Shown here: piece by piece, positions 47,385 through 61,206 of the stretch | Position numbering within the stretch: position 1 is the stretch's first letter | Layout: each line of letters begins with the position of its first letter | NCBI GenBank assembly: GCA_030390025.1 | Contig: CM059431.1 | Span: forward strand, 123,196,001 to 123,260,000 | Reading direction: 5' to 3' | Source: Squalus acanthias | Lineage: Eukaryota | Length of the DNA stretch: 64,000 nucleotides | Program-made: the position numbers and the translations under genes | Notes under the pieces: generated by a model | What the model was told of the DNA's origin: nothing | The model's input: only the letters and a program-made list of their open reading frames with translations | Database searches by the model: none

Positions 47385-48145
47385 TATGGGGCCAGAAAAT
47401 CAGCTTCCATTACTACTGCCATACATCTGGCATGAGTGCACCGCAATGGCCAGAAATGAGCTGGAACCCAGGTACAGCAAGTCCTGGTGTTGCATTGAGA
47501 TTACACAATCCCTTGTAAAGTGTGGAGCCTTGACCCACCCAAAACAAGGCCAGTGTTATAGGAGGGGGTGGGGATTGGGATGTAGGGTCTACCACGGCAG
47601 GAATTCCTATATTACTAGCTTCTCAGAGGATTGGCGAAGCCATGTGTACCAGGCCGCTAAATGGCAGCTGTGAGCCCCACCTGAGGGACCAGGCCTGGAC
47701 CCCCAAAAGTTGAAGGAAAAATGGAAAATCGGGCACCTCCTTGGTCTTTCTGGGGAAAGGGCCAACTATGCAACTCCCCAGAACTAGCAGCATTAGCCAG
47801 TCTTTCACAGATTGAAACAGGCATATGCCCCAAATGTGCCCCGAGTGGAAAGAGTGTCTTAAATTAATAATGTAATGAGGGAACTTTCCCCTGACCCCAA
47901 AAAGTCTATCAGCATCAGTAGCAGAGGTTCCTGGTGGGCCCAATCCTGGCATTTACACCAGGGCATGCCCTTTCCAAGCTAGATTTGGTCAAGGTGGACA
48001 GTACATTAGAATATTCTCGTAGCAAGAATTTAGGAATGGCTAAATTGATGATGGAGACCAACTAAATATTAAAAAGTAGAGCACACTTTATGGTAAGTCA
48101 ATGATATTAATACAGATTTTATTCCACATATGAAATGACCTCAAT

Positions 48146-48904
48146 GGCCCAAAATTTGCGATCAGAGGCTTCCTGCGGGCGGATGCCTCCGACCTGTAAA
48201 AAATCTATGAATTTACCTGGTGGCCCGGGAGATACGGAGACTTGCGATCCTGGGCCTCTCCGGTTACGTGGGGGCAGAGGCCCACGTATCCCAGGAGTGC
48301 ATACGGTTCGCAAGTGCCCCTGTGATCACATGGGCCAGCCCAGCCAATAAAAGAAGGGAATCCCCATTCATATTTATGGGACTTCCATACGTACGGAACT
48401 CCCATAAGTATGAGTGGGGATCACATAAAAAATACACAAACACATGAAATAGATTTTTTTTTAATTACATATTTAAAATTAATTAAAATGCCATTTCATT
48501 AAATATTTTAAACAAAAATTTAATTTAAAAAAGATGTACATGTTTTAACGGGGCTAAAAATAAACCTTATTGGACAGGGTTTTTATGTATAAATGAGTGA
48601 TAACATTTTATTTTTCTATTTTTTAAAGCTCTTATGCTGGTAAAAGCTGGCCTTACGCCTGCTTTTACCAGGCGTAAGAATTTGACAGGCATTCAGCGGG
48701 CGGAAGTTGGGCAAATAGCGCAACTCTCCACCCGCAGAGGCCCATTTCCCGGGGATGCGGAGGATCTGCCAAGAAAATTCTTGACAGATCGCAAGTTCCG
48801 AGTTTTAGCGCATGCGCTTCGCATGCCTAAACTAGGAACTTGCGCGGCTTCTACGGGCGCGTACATGCCTCGTATGCACCCGTAGGGGTCGCAAAATATG
48901 GTTC
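48146..48904. mobile_element. MITE related to 23326-24060
   Basis: Ends ggcccaaaatttgcga / tcgcaaaatatggttc, TSD aat; same GC-rich / A-rich / GC-rich layout with internal hairpins. Confidence 0.7.
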
Positions 48905-49454
48905 AATATCTCACAGATGTTATCTGTAAGATGGCATGATGTATTTCATCACTTACAATTTGCTTACATAACAGTAACTACACTTAAAGTATAATTGGAT
49001 CTGAAGAGCTTTGGAACATCATGAAGGAATGAAAAAATGCTATATATATGCAACTAAAGAAGATCATAAGATAAATAAAAGTGAGGAAGAATGTTCACCT
49101 CATCTTAGGTCATCCATACAGAAAGACCCAACAGTTCCCTCATAACAGCATCCAATTGCTTCTAAAATAATCCCAGGGTTTGTGCCTCTTCGACTTTACC
49201 CAGAAGTTCATACCAGAAATAACAACAGAAAACGTTGGAAAAACTCAGCAGGCCAGGCAGCATCCAGTTCATACCAGATGTTGGTTACTCTTTGGGGTCA
49301 ATTTTAACTTTCCAAAATTGCCATTAACTGGGCAGTAACTGCCTCAAAATGGGGTTGCATGCTTACCACCCCGCTAACGCCAAAGATCGGCCCGCTGCTA
49401 TTTTCATAGGGGCTGACCGCCGGGCAGCTGAAGAGCCTTTCTGCTTCAGGCAGT

Positions 49455-49720
49455 ATAGAATCATAAAATCATAGAATGATACAGCACAGCCATTCAGCCC
49501 ATTGTGCCTGTGCTGCCTCTTTGAAAGAGTTATCCAATTAGTCCCACTCCCCTGCACTTTCCCCATAGCCCTGCACATTTTTCCTTTTCAAGTATCTATC
49601 CAATTCCCTTTTGAAAATTAATATTCAATCTGCTTCCACCGGCCTTTCAGGCAGTACATTCCAGATTGCAACAATTCGCTACATAAAAAAATTCTCCTCC
49701 TCTCGCCTATGGTTCTTTTG
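49455..49720 (-). mobile_element. CR1 LINE 3' end
   Basis: atagaatcataaaatcatagaatgatacagcacagccattcagccc tail. Confidence 0.75.
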
Positions 49721-50257
49721 CCCCTTTTAATATGACGTACATCGGAACCCCGATTGCCATTTTAGGTTAAAAACTGGCCGGAGCATGCACCGTGCACTCT
49801 CCAACCAGTTTCCACTGGTAATACAGCCAAAGAGGCCCTGGAAATATAAGGTTTAAAATATGTAGTGGGGCCAGGAGTTAGTGGGAGTGCTCCTCCAGGC
49901 CCCACAAAAATAATCCGGGCCAGTTCCACCTAAGATTCGGCCAGCTTGAATCTGGCAAGCTGCGTCGAGATGCCTGTTTGCCGCCCGCAGTTCGCCGGTT
50001 CCATTTAAATGAGGCTCGGCCCTTAAAATGGCTCCAGTCTCTTCCCCGGAATGGGTGGTCTGCAAACGCATTGTATTTGGCAATGATTGGACATGTTGTG
50101 AGCCGAGCCTACCAAGACCGAATGATCTCTTTTGATCTCCATCCTTAGCTATTTTGACAGGATTCATGGAATACTCATGTCACCCACTTTTCATCCCTCT
50201 ATGCAATACTTATCCATACTCAAATTCATCTGCTATTGTACACTTGTTAACATATTA

Positions 50258-50904
50258 GGGGGGAGAAATTCGTGTTTGCTCGTAGGAGTTCACAGCTGCT
50301 GAAAATGGCCGCAGCGCTAACGGGTCAAAATTGGTCTGGGGGCAGGGAGATTGTTGACGCAGCACTTACCTTCCGTGCAACGCCGTGAAACGCCATCTGG
50401 TGGCATTGCTGGAGGCATCCGAGATGAAGTTCCTGTCCAGGTGTGGCATTGGAGCTTCCCACAGTCTGTGGAAGCGAAGCTGTGGAGCTCACAACGAATT
50501 CTGGACAATGAAGAGGTCTGAGAATTAAAGGGGCCTTCAATAAAATTAAAAAAAACAGTTCAAAACCTTACATTCAAACTTACGTAACAATGTGTGTGTC
50601 CCTTTAAGAGGTGCAGACATCGCCACTGTCAGCCTGCTTGCACGCCAAGTTAACCTGGCGTACGTAGGACCCCTAGGGTCAAAGTACGCGTTGGTGATGT
50701 TAATTCGGCGTTGCACGCTAATTGACGTCACCATACCACTATTTTTTCTTTCAGGGCACTACCAGTTACCAGCAGCAGAAAGGGGGAAACAAATATGGCA
50801 GTCGTTGCGGGACCTGCCACCAGTTGGCATAAAAGTGGCCACAGCCATTTTATCACCATTTCACGGCGCTAAGCAGTGGCGGTAAGTAGATGAATTTCTA
50901 GCCC
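50258..50904. mobile_element. Harbinger-type MITE
   Basis: Ends ggggggagaaattc / gaatttctagccc. Confidence 0.55.
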
Positions 50905-53261
50905 TTTGTTCTTTCTTATACCACTTAAGACATTTTTAATATTGCATTATGCTATACTTAAAGTATAAATTTGATATTAAAATATATCTTTGTGTGCATT
51001 GTTATTTTGCTTCTGACCTTATTATTGATTATTGAAAGTGTAGAGGGTACCTTAATGCTATCCGAGATCACTTTTGTCCCTCTGTAGGTGTGTTTGTTGT
51101 AATCGCTTTAATCAGAAAGCTACAACTAAGGGCAAGTCGAACAATAAATTTTAATTTGTCTCGTGTTGGTTCCAGTTTCTATTTGCATGACTCATAAGCA
51201 CTGTAAAAACCGCAAGAATACAAATCATTTTAGTTGGAGAGAAAATATGATGCTAAGACAAGGAGTTAAAAGCCAGGAGAGGAATAGTCACGCAGGGAGA
51301 GCAAAACGTAAGTAGAGAGTGTGGCTAAATCTGGGATAAAGAGACATGAGTCCCCCTCCTGTGTCTGATGACAAGCTGTTTTATGCAGTTGGGATTTCCA
51401 TGCAATTTGCATACACAAAGACTAGTTTAGGTTGAAGCGAATGTAAAGAATTAGGACATGGGGAATTCTTGCATACAACAGGGATTTGCAAATGCCTGCA
51501 TTACCTATATGGGAACTTGACTTTGCTGTTTGTAAAATGTTGCAACAATATTATTGTATTGAGTCATGCTAGGTTGAAGCCAAATTTTGGGCAGTGCAGA
51601 CGAAGCTCTCTGTCTCACAGGAAGACAATGTCGGGTCAAATCTGCTGTTCTAACATTATGATTTTGATTTAGGTGTGATAACTCCAGAAAAATAATTTTG
51701 TCCCTAAAGAAATCTTGCGAAATAAGTAAACCAAATATCACAATGCTGTGTGAAAATTTTCAGATCTCATTTTTTTTTTTTAATTTGGAAGAACCAAAGG
51801 CAACTTCAGGAAGTACAATATTTGAGGGTTGACCTCTTAACGAGAAGAGAAGGACTCCAAAATTCCACTTTTAAGAATAAATTCAAGAAAGAAATGCTTT
51901 ATTCCCTACTCGCGAACTGCTAAAGAAAACATGGGATTTTACAATTTGGAAATATTCGATTGCAGAAGAAAAATTGATTTCCGACCAGAAACAAATATCA
52001 GCCGATCATAACTCGCCAACAATAATAATCCTTTAACATCTCTCAAGCAGCTAATGAGCCACTTAACCAGTAGGAATCTCCCAAACTTCATTAATGCTGT
52101 TCTGGAGTGTGCAATTGTAGGTAAGAGTGGCTGAACACCAACAGAGAACAGTGCATTTCAGCAAGGAAGCACTCCAAGCTCCACTGGGTGTTTTAATGGA
52201 GTGTCACAATCATAATTATGGTGGTTGAGGATGGGGTGCAATTAAGCAGAAAAATGAGGCGTACATCACAGTCTATCTCACAGATGATAAACAGAGCCTT
52301 CAGGACTGAGAGGAATTTAGGAAAAAATTGTGTAACTTAAAAGGTAAGATCTGAATATTTCTTCAAATTAGCAGTACAGGAAAAATAGCCACCTGATGGA
52401 AATTTGCACTGTAAAAATGTATTGTCAGAGCAATATTAACCAAAAATTAACCAACTAAAATAACAGACAACATTATGCATAATATGATGGGAGAGAGAAT
52501 GTACAGCAGGGATGAATATCTGTGGGCCAAATCATCCCAACGTTTTCCACTGCTCTTATGTTCAAAAGCAAAACTGCATACAATAGTAGTGGACCCCCTC
52601 AGAAGGAAACTCCAGCCTCTTCTGAGGGGCCTATAATTGATGTCCTTAGGAGAGACAGTTTTGACATTGAAGTCAATGGTAAGGAAATTTGGGCAGGGTG
52701 TACAACAGGCAGTCGATCTGCTACCGCCCATTTTCCGCCACCGCCAAAAGTGAAAATAAACCCCATGGTGTCCTGGAAGGTTGGAAAAAAGTGCAGAGCG
52801 GGAATGTACATATCGAACAGATTTTTTATGATTAGCACTATAACCCTGAAATCAATGGCCAGAAAATCAGAAGTGCCATGAATCTAGTGCACTATCCTCT
52901 GCAACCAATTCTCCAACTTGTGCTCCCATTAAGCAAGATGCCACCCAAAGGGGCAGTTTTGTAAATTTCGAGGTTTACATGTTTCGTAATAAGTAATGAG
53001 AATGCTGTACCCAGATGGATAAATGTGGTTACTTACCCACAATATACCATCTGCTGTTTTCACATAACAGCAAGATGCAATCACCTTACAACAGAACCAA
53101 AAAATGCTACAGTCACCACAGTCTCAACTGCCGACACCCACATTTGCACCAGGCAGCGGCACAGATACTAACACTACAGGAAATTAATATAGAGATGGTT
53201 ATCAAGAATCACAGGGTAAAGCACAGAGTTCAGGAGGGCCCAATTAGTGTAAGTTGTAGTC

Positions 53262-53712
53262 AGTTTGTGGTTCAGTTCGCATCACTCTCGCCTATTCGTC
53301 AGAAGGTTGTGGGTTGAAGACTCACTCCAGAGACTTCGCACAAAATCAAGGCTGACACTCCACTGCAGTACTGAGGGAGTGCTGCAGCGTCGGAGGTGCC
53401 ATCTTTCAGATGAGAAAAGAGATGTCTGCCTTCACAGGTGGACATAAAATATCCTGTGGCACTATTTCAAAGAAGAGATGGGGGGTTATCCCTGGTGTCC
53501 TGACCAATATTTATCACTCAAACAACACTAAAAACAATTTATCTAGTCATTATCACATTGTTGTTTGTGGGAGATTGCTGTGCATAACTTGGCTGTTGCG
53601 TTTCCTACATTACAACAGTGACTATGCTTAAAAAAATACCTAATTGGCTCTGAAGTGCTTTGGGATGCCCTGAGGTTGTGAAAGGCGCTACACAAATGCA
53701 AGTCTTTCTTTC
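53262..53712 (+). mobile_element. Near full-length Deu-domain SINE (tRNA-derived head, L2 tail)
   Basis: Degenerate tRNA-like head, Deu core gtgctgcagcgtcggaggtgccatctttcagatgag, tail aaatgcaagtctttctttc. Confidence 0.78.
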
Positions 53713-54523
53713 TATCTTTTCCATGCTGAGTGCCCCTCTTGAGTTGGACGATAACTCAGATCTTAATGTGCCTGCTTTGAAATAGAGGCTAGTGGAGCAG
53801 AAGAAACATATTGAACTTTCACCTGGCTCCTTTCACACAACTGTGGGAGTCAATGTGGAAGTGTCCATCACCTAAATATGTACTGCCATCTCTCACATGA
53901 GGGACATTCCGAAGAACAATTATGTTAACTGCAGTTCTGCAATTGAGAATATAATAATACCAGTGTTATCTACAGTGGAGGTTGCATTTACATGGACCAT
54001 AGACAAAATGGGAACATCTGTTACGAATAACTTTTTGGTGCTTTGGGGCTTGCGGTTCCAAAATCCAAAAGCAATTATAACCAGCTTTGGCTCTTTTGGG
54101 GAAACAATAAAGTTGGGAGTTTGAGAGACCTCTTATAGGTTCACCATTCTATACTGAGGCAGATCTGTTTGTCATGTGCCTGCAGTGGCACAATTTTTAT
54201 GGTATAGCAGTAGTTGACTCTATGGGTGCCTGGAAGGTCCCTGTGGTAGACAACTTGAGAACAGTGGTGCACACAGGTAGTGCACTGCAGGTAGTTAATT
54301 GTCTCTGCAGGTCTTCATGAATCAAGTAGCAATCTTAGTCAAAGCCTTCCTGGTGAACCTGAGCATTCTCATGCACTGACCTTATCCATGCCAAGATAGC
54401 TAACTTTGTTGCAGTGCATCTGCTGCCTTGCGTAGTTTGTGCTGTGAATTTTGTGCCTCCTGTTCCTTCTGCACTCCTTTTTTATCCTCTTCTGCACAAT
54501 GATATACACATCTCTGTCACTAC

Positions 54524-55347
54524 GGGCTGGATTTTGCCAATGGGGAGCTTTTGGAGGCGGGACTCCCACTTGTCGGGTTTTAGTCCCGTCTCCATCAACT
54601 TCTGGCCAACCCACGCTATTTTCCCTTGATTGACCTTGTTAAGCCCACCCAGCGGGCTTAGCAGGTCAATTGAGGGAAAGCCGGTTACAGAGATGACGTT
54701 TCATCTGTCAAAAATTTTGGACAGATGATTTGTCATCGTTTGACAGCTCTGTGAAGCTGTCAAACACTGACATTCTCTGTAGTTTGATGAGTTCTTGAAT
54801 TCAAGACCTCATCAAACCTCTTTCTTTTGTAGAAATTAGATGGTTGCTGCATTGGAGAATGCAATGGCCATCTGTCATCTCTGCCGCGGAGGTGCGAGAC
54901 TCTCCGCATGCCCACCGATTGAAGCCTGCAGGAAGAAACAAAGGTAAGTAAAGTTTTTCTAACACTTTGCACTTACCTCAGATACTCACCTCTCCACAAT
55001 TGTACCCATCACTCACCTCCACAGCACACTTTTGGACTCCTCCGACCCTCGCAGACCCACTACTCGCCTCGGTGACCCTGGCGGGCTTCGGAGCCTTCGG
55101 GAAGCCCGCACTTGTGTGGGCAAAATGGTGATAAGCCTATTTTCTGCCTGTTAACTACCTATTAACAGGCAGTTAACTGGCTGTAATCCCTTCCCGCCTC
55201 CAAGGAGATGGGACCCGGCGCGGGACAGCTACCTGCCTCCTGGCAAGATGGCATGGAGGCGGGTTGGGCACCCGCCCCCAAATTGTGCCATTTTCCCAGC
55301 ACTCCCGCCTCCAAACCCACCACCCCAGGGCTGGCAAAATCCAGCCC
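54524..55347. mobile_element. Harbinger MITE
   Basis: Perfect TIRs gggctggattttgcca / tggcaaaatccagccc and 3-bp TSD tac. Confidence 0.88.
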
Positions 55348-55807
55348 TACGCTTATGCTATTGAACAGAAACATCCTGTGTACTATTCGCCTGAGTTATT
55401 GCTATGGTGATACTTTGGAAATCTTCTCTTCCTTAAACTCTAAGTCAGACCTACAGTAAGATATTCCTTTTTTGATTTGATTGTGCATCTATGGAATACC
55501 AGTTGATCGATAATAACGATAGCAAACAGATATTAGCTTTTTAGGTCCTCTTTTGGGAGGATAGGAATCTTTAGAACAGTGCTAAGACAGATACTAAGAC
55601 AGTTAGCTCCATGACACCATTTTTTAAATTCATCTCTACCTTTTTACTTAAAATTAGTGAAGACAAGAATGTTGGTAGTAAGATGTTTGACAGACATCGC
55701 TAAACTTTATTTTTAAAGCCGATTATAATAGATCAGTGATGAGTAACTAAGGTTTTAAAAAAACAGCATGTGACAGCTACTAGAATCAGAAGACTGTGAG
55801 AATGTAC

Positions 55808-57808
55808 AAAAGCAAAATACTGCGGATGCTGGAAATCTGAAATAGAAACAGAAAATGCTGGAAATACTCAGCAGGCCAGGCGGCATCTGTGGAGAGAGAA
55901 ACAGAGTTAACGTTTCAGGTCGATGACCCTTCGTCAGAACTGGAACAAGTCAGAGATGTAACAGATTTTTAGCAGGTGCAGAGGCAGGGAAAGGAGGGAG
56001 GAAAGAACAAAAGGGAAGGTCTGTGATAGGATGGAAGGCAGGAGAGATTAAAAGACAAAAGGGATGATTGTACAAAGCAACAGGAGATGCTAATGGGACA
56101 AGTAAAGAAACAAAAAGATGAGTCTTGAAGAGGTGCAAATGGGAATAGCAGAATCATCAACAGCTGCCATCTGAAAAAGTACGGGCAGAGGTTATGGTCT
56201 GAAATTTTTGAACTCGATGTTGAGCCCAGAAGGTTGCAAAGTACCTAATCGAAAGAGGAGGTGCTGTTCCTTGAGCTTACGCTGAGCGTCATTGGAACAG
56301 TGTAAGAGGCCGAGGACAGAGAGGTCAGAGTGGGAATGGAGCGAAGAATAAAAGTGACAGATGACTGGAAGCTCGGGGTCACGCTGCGTTTAGTCTCCCC
56401 ATTGTAGAGGAGACCACATTGTGAACAGCGAATACGGTGTTTCACCTGGAAGGAGTGTTTGGGGCCCTGGACAGTGGGAAGGGAGGAGGTAAAAGGGCAG
56501 AACACCTCCGTTCAGTCTGTAAGCATGACCCCGAGCTTCCGGTCACCTGTCACTTTAATTCTCCTCCCCACTCCCACTCTGACCTCCCTGACCTCGGCCT
56601 CTTACACTGTTCCAATGAAGCTCAATGTAAGCTCGAGGAACAGCACCTCATCTTTCAATTAGGTACATTACAGCCTTCTAGACTCAACATCAAGTTCAAC
56701 AATTTCAGACCATATCCTCTGTCCCTATTTTTTCAGATGGCAGCTGTTGATGTTTCTGCCATTCCAATTTGCACCTCTTCTAGACTCATCTTTTGTTTCT
56801 TTACTTGTCTCATTACCATCTCCTTTTGCTTTGTACAATCATCCCTTTTGTCATTTAATTTCTCCTGCCTTCCATCCTATCACAGACCTTCCCTTTTGTT
56901 CTTTCCTCCCTCCTTTCGCTGCCTCTGCACTTGCTTAAAATCCGTTACATATCTAAGTTTTTCCAGTTCTGACGAAAGGTCATCGACCTGAAATGTTAAC
57001 TCTGTTTCTCTCTCCACAGATACTGGCCCAGAAATTGATCTCGCTCTGTTCCCGCGGGGGTAAGCCTTCCCCGCGATGTCTCACCTCGCTTATGCTTTTT
57101 CTGATCCAGCTCACACGAACTTGATGTTCCAGACATCAGCTGTGCTGGGCTTGCGTATCTCAGCGGCGTAGTGAATTCGTGCGAGCTGTGGGATCATGTG
57201 ACTCAGTTAGAGCCAATGGCAGCACACCATCTTCCATTCATAAGTCTCACAGCATGGCTGTGAGACTTATGAATCTTACACCCCCCCAAAATAACAGCTA
57301 AACCTCAATTAAATTAAAAAAAAAAACCATCACATTAATAAAATAAGTATAGTTAATTAAATTAACCATTTTAAATAAAAAATTAAATTTTTGAAAAAAT
57401 TTAAAATCTTTTAAAAAGTTATAAAAATAAACTTACCTGTCTTTAAAGTCTATAAAAAAGATATACCTGTAAAAAAAAATTCAAAAAAATACTTAATTCA
57501 CTACTTACCTTCTTAAAAGCGGGTCTTACTCCTCCTTTTTACATTTCCAAAATCTTCCCTACTTACCTGCGCGTCCAAAGCATGAAGTGCACAGCGTGCG
57601 CGCAGCCTGTAGCGCGCACGCGATGCACCCAGGCCCCGCCCCCTTTTCGGAAGAGCAATTGCCGGTTTTCAGCGCATGCGCAGGGCATGCAGAAAACCGG
57701 CAATTGGAGTGGGAATACGCGAGAGTACGCAGTGCGTACTCTCGCGTCGCGGGATCAATTTTCGGCCCACTGCCTGACCTGCTGAGCATTTCCAGCATTT
57801 TCTGGTTC
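55808..57808. mobile_element. Penelope-like element remnant: inverted pair of 3' ends with GIY-YIG endonuclease C-terminus and hammerhead motifs; MITE inserted
   Basis: IRCSQCGLLYNGETKR and EHLRSV...PVTCHFNS..HS...EEQHLIFQLGTLQP..LN GIY-YIG motifs; ~55810-56380 is the reverse complement of ~56520-57020 plus 57769-57808. Confidence 0.85.
57025..57768. mobile_element. MITE copy 2 (same family as 23326-24060)
   Basis: Near-identical to copy 1; 3-bp TSD act inside the Penelope-like terminal repeat. Confidence 0.9.
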
Positions 57809-59479
57809 TGACTCTGAGAATGTCCTGGCTCCTTTCTCCAGAAGTGGTTAGCTATCTTTTCTCTGTCTCACTTTAGTAACTTTTTGGATTGTGCATCTGT
57901 CACCTGCAGAACTTTCTTTTGTGGTCTGCTATTTTTGGCCTTCTGTATTTTATATGCACTTCAGAAACTATATAGGCTTTTCACACAATGATGCCCAGAT
58001 TTTTTGATGACCCCCTGTTGTGGACATGCTGTTCTGGTGCCAAAAATGATGTTTGAGTTTACTGGAGTAAACAGTTCTGTTTCATTGAAATGTACTCTAG
58101 TGTTTGGATTGTCTTTTCTTTCAAAGCAATATACATTTTCAGTGTTCAGGTGCTTCATTTCGCTTATTGGAGCAAGAAGTTTGAACAATTTAAAATCAAC
58201 TAGTTAATCTTTGATAGTGTTGATTGTGGATAGCTACCTTTTAAAAAATATGGGGATGAAATTGGTGTATGGCAGGAGGGCAAAACGGGTTCATAGTGAA
58301 TCGGCAGCCCGTTTTGCATCTCTCCCGATTTAAAGATAATTGGGAGAGATGCAAAATGGGCTGCCAACTCGCTATCACCCATATTAGATTATCGCACAAA
58401 GTCAAAATCTACCCCCTGGTGTTGACCGATTTCTTACCCTCTCTCTTTCTTTTTCTGAAACTGTTTTTGCATATCCCACTTTCTAATTCTTGCTGTCTTG
58501 CTCTCTGTTATATAAATAAAATTACTTTCATTTCACCATTCCATTTCAGTTGTGCCTGTTCTGTCTGCTTTATCTCTGGCATATTGAAATCGCCCATGAT
58601 TATTACATTATGATCCTCTGCAGCTTAAGCAACTTGCTATCTTCCTGTTCACCTTGAGCTGGAAGTTAACAGCAACTGCAAGTTGCCCTTATCAATACTG
58701 GCTTATATTGCTTCAACCATCTCTCCTTCTGCTATAACACCCACTTTTTCAACAGGTGTGATGTCATCCGACACTAATAATATCACTTCTCTACCCAGAT
58801 TATTAGTTTTATCTTTGCTGAGTCCCTTTATCGTTTTTGCTTATTTGTTAAGACCAGCTCACTGCTGATGATCCCAAGCCTCGTCACCTTTTTCAGCCAA
58901 GAAGGCAATAGCAGCACAAGAAGATATGGCATATCAGGGCCAAGGTACCTCACAGTGCAAGCGTACATCGGAAAATTGCAGGCACAAATCCACGTGTGAG
59001 GACTCCTAAAATCTGTCCTCTTTCCTTAATCTGCTTCAAGAGTTGACAAGAATATTGAGAACAAAAGTTTTGCCTCAAGTCAAAGTCAGGGGAAGATTAC
59101 ACTGCATGTGGCCACCACGAGTACAAATGGATTTTGCATCATGAAATTACATGACAGTTGGTTTGACATGACACAAATGACCATTGTGTTTTTGCACCAG
59201 AGTGAAAATTGCAAGTTTGTACATCATCTGTGAGGTATATTGTAATTTTAAATTCAACCATTAGTTAGTGATACCAACAGATCTGCTGTGGTTTTGCTCA
59301 TCATGAGTTGGAAGTTAGGGTTTTGCAAGGGGGTTTGCTGTGAAAGTGGGGGAGAAGTGCACACCTTCACTGCAAAGATTTGGAAATAATTTTGTAAGAG
59401 ATGTCCTCAGAAAGTAATGTAAATTTTGAATAATAGCAGGGAAATGTTAATCTTTCACTCAAAAACAAGAAAGACCCAG

Positions 59480-61206
59480 GAGCGCTGAATCTTTTCTGGC
59501 CTGTCGTCTCGGGTAGTACGGCTCCAGTGGACTGGCAAAGTCTAGGCTACCATAACCCAGTTATGTAAGCGCGACTGCCTAAGCTTGAAAGAAATTAAGT
59601 AACGTAAGAAAACACATTGGAGGTTAAATTGGATAACCCCCGAAAACGGGTGCAGTGATCGCATTGCGCAATTAACCCGTGCCCATTGATTGCTCAAGGC
59701 AGGATGCCAACTACATGCTGTCTGTACATTTCCATGATTGCTGCGTGCAGCCAGCAATGTTGATTGGATGCATGCATCAGCAGGGAGCCTAATATCGTGA
59801 GTGCCTAGTACTACTTAAAGCTAGCCTGCACCTATTATAAGGGAGGTGCATTGTGGCTGCTGGTGGTGCTGAGATCACTCTGAATATTGTGCTGTGGAAG
59901 ATTCAACAATGCCTGACCAGGGGAGCATGCACCAAGGTTTTTGGATGTTACACTGGAGGTCTTGGTGGAAGAGGTAGTGGCAAGAGATAGCGGCAGAGGT
60001 CAATGCCAGGAGTGCAGCCCCAAGAACCTGGATGCAGTACAGGAAGAAGTTTAATGATCTGACATGAGTTGTCAAGGTCAGGAGTGCATCTTCAAATGCC
60101 ATATCCTATCAACTGTACCATTAGCCTCATCCACTGCTCAATTTGCTACACCCCATCACCCACCTACCAACAACCTCTATCAATCAGGGCTCATACCAAA
60201 CATTCATATGCTTTACCTCAACCTCACACACTTAGCACTCGCAAGCCTCGCACTCACATCTCACAGCTTGCAGACACTGGCAGCTATTCAACCATGACAG
60301 CCACATCACCCAAACAGATTGCACGACACTTACTGACACATTTCCCTCTCTCTTGCAGGAGAAGTTGGCACACAACTGGAGGCAGCAGGAACTAACCGGA
60401 GGGGGAGATGCAGGCCTGTATGTTCTAACCCCCATGGAGTAGATGGTGCTGACTATTATGGGAAGGGCCATTCCAGGAGAAGATGGCACACAACAGGAGA
60501 CAGCAGGAATTAACGGGAGGGGCAGAGGCACACCTGCACGTTTTAACCCCCACGGAGGAGACAGTGCTGGCCATTGTGGGAAGGGGCATTGCTGAGAGTC
60601 CTTCTCCCCCTCCTCCTCCTTCCTCTTCTAGCAGCTTGTCCTGCTCTGCGTGGCCCCCGCTCATTCTCCCAGTCATGCTCAATGCCATGAGGAAGCCCTA
60701 CTAGGCCACCCATGCCTGGTTTGGGCACAAGCCTTTAAGTCAGCAAAAATGTACTTCAGCACCAGCCTGTATACTATTGAAATTTTAAACAAGTATGGAA
60801 AAGCACCCAAAACGCATATAATTGCAGCAACAGCCAGAAGAAATAATCCAGCAACTAATCGGCAAACAGTTGACGGTCCCTTTAAACAGCGTTGGTGGGG
60901 GCTCCTTCATGCCGTTGAACGTGTGTTCAGCTGTCAGGTTAAGAGAGGGTGTAGGCTGCAGTGTGGAGCTCCAAAATGGCAGCGCTGGCATCAAATTAGC
61001 ATTACACACGGATTGACGTCATGATCTGCCTGATCCGCATGCTGCCGGCGGTCATTAGGTGCGCGTGCACAAACCCTTTTGCAAATATGGTGTCCGCTGC
61101 ACTTCCTCTCGGAAGTGTGCGTACGCATCGCAGATACCATTTTGGTAGTTTAAGAGGCCTTGTTGCGTCCAAAAAAATAGGCGCTACAGAGCTTAATTTT
61201 GCCCCC
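59480..61206. mobile_element. Degenerate, internally deleted Harbinger element (Myb/SANT remnants on +)
   Basis: WQEIAAEVNA...RTWMQYRKKFNDL and EK.AHN....TGG exon remnants; TIR-like ttaattttgccccc at ~61206. Left boundary approximate. Confidence 0.7.

Noticed and set aside
58680..58870. Possible LINE endonuclease fragment on the minus strand
   Set aside because: Only weak resemblance (KDK...GREVILLVSDDI...EAI*); too degenerate to call.
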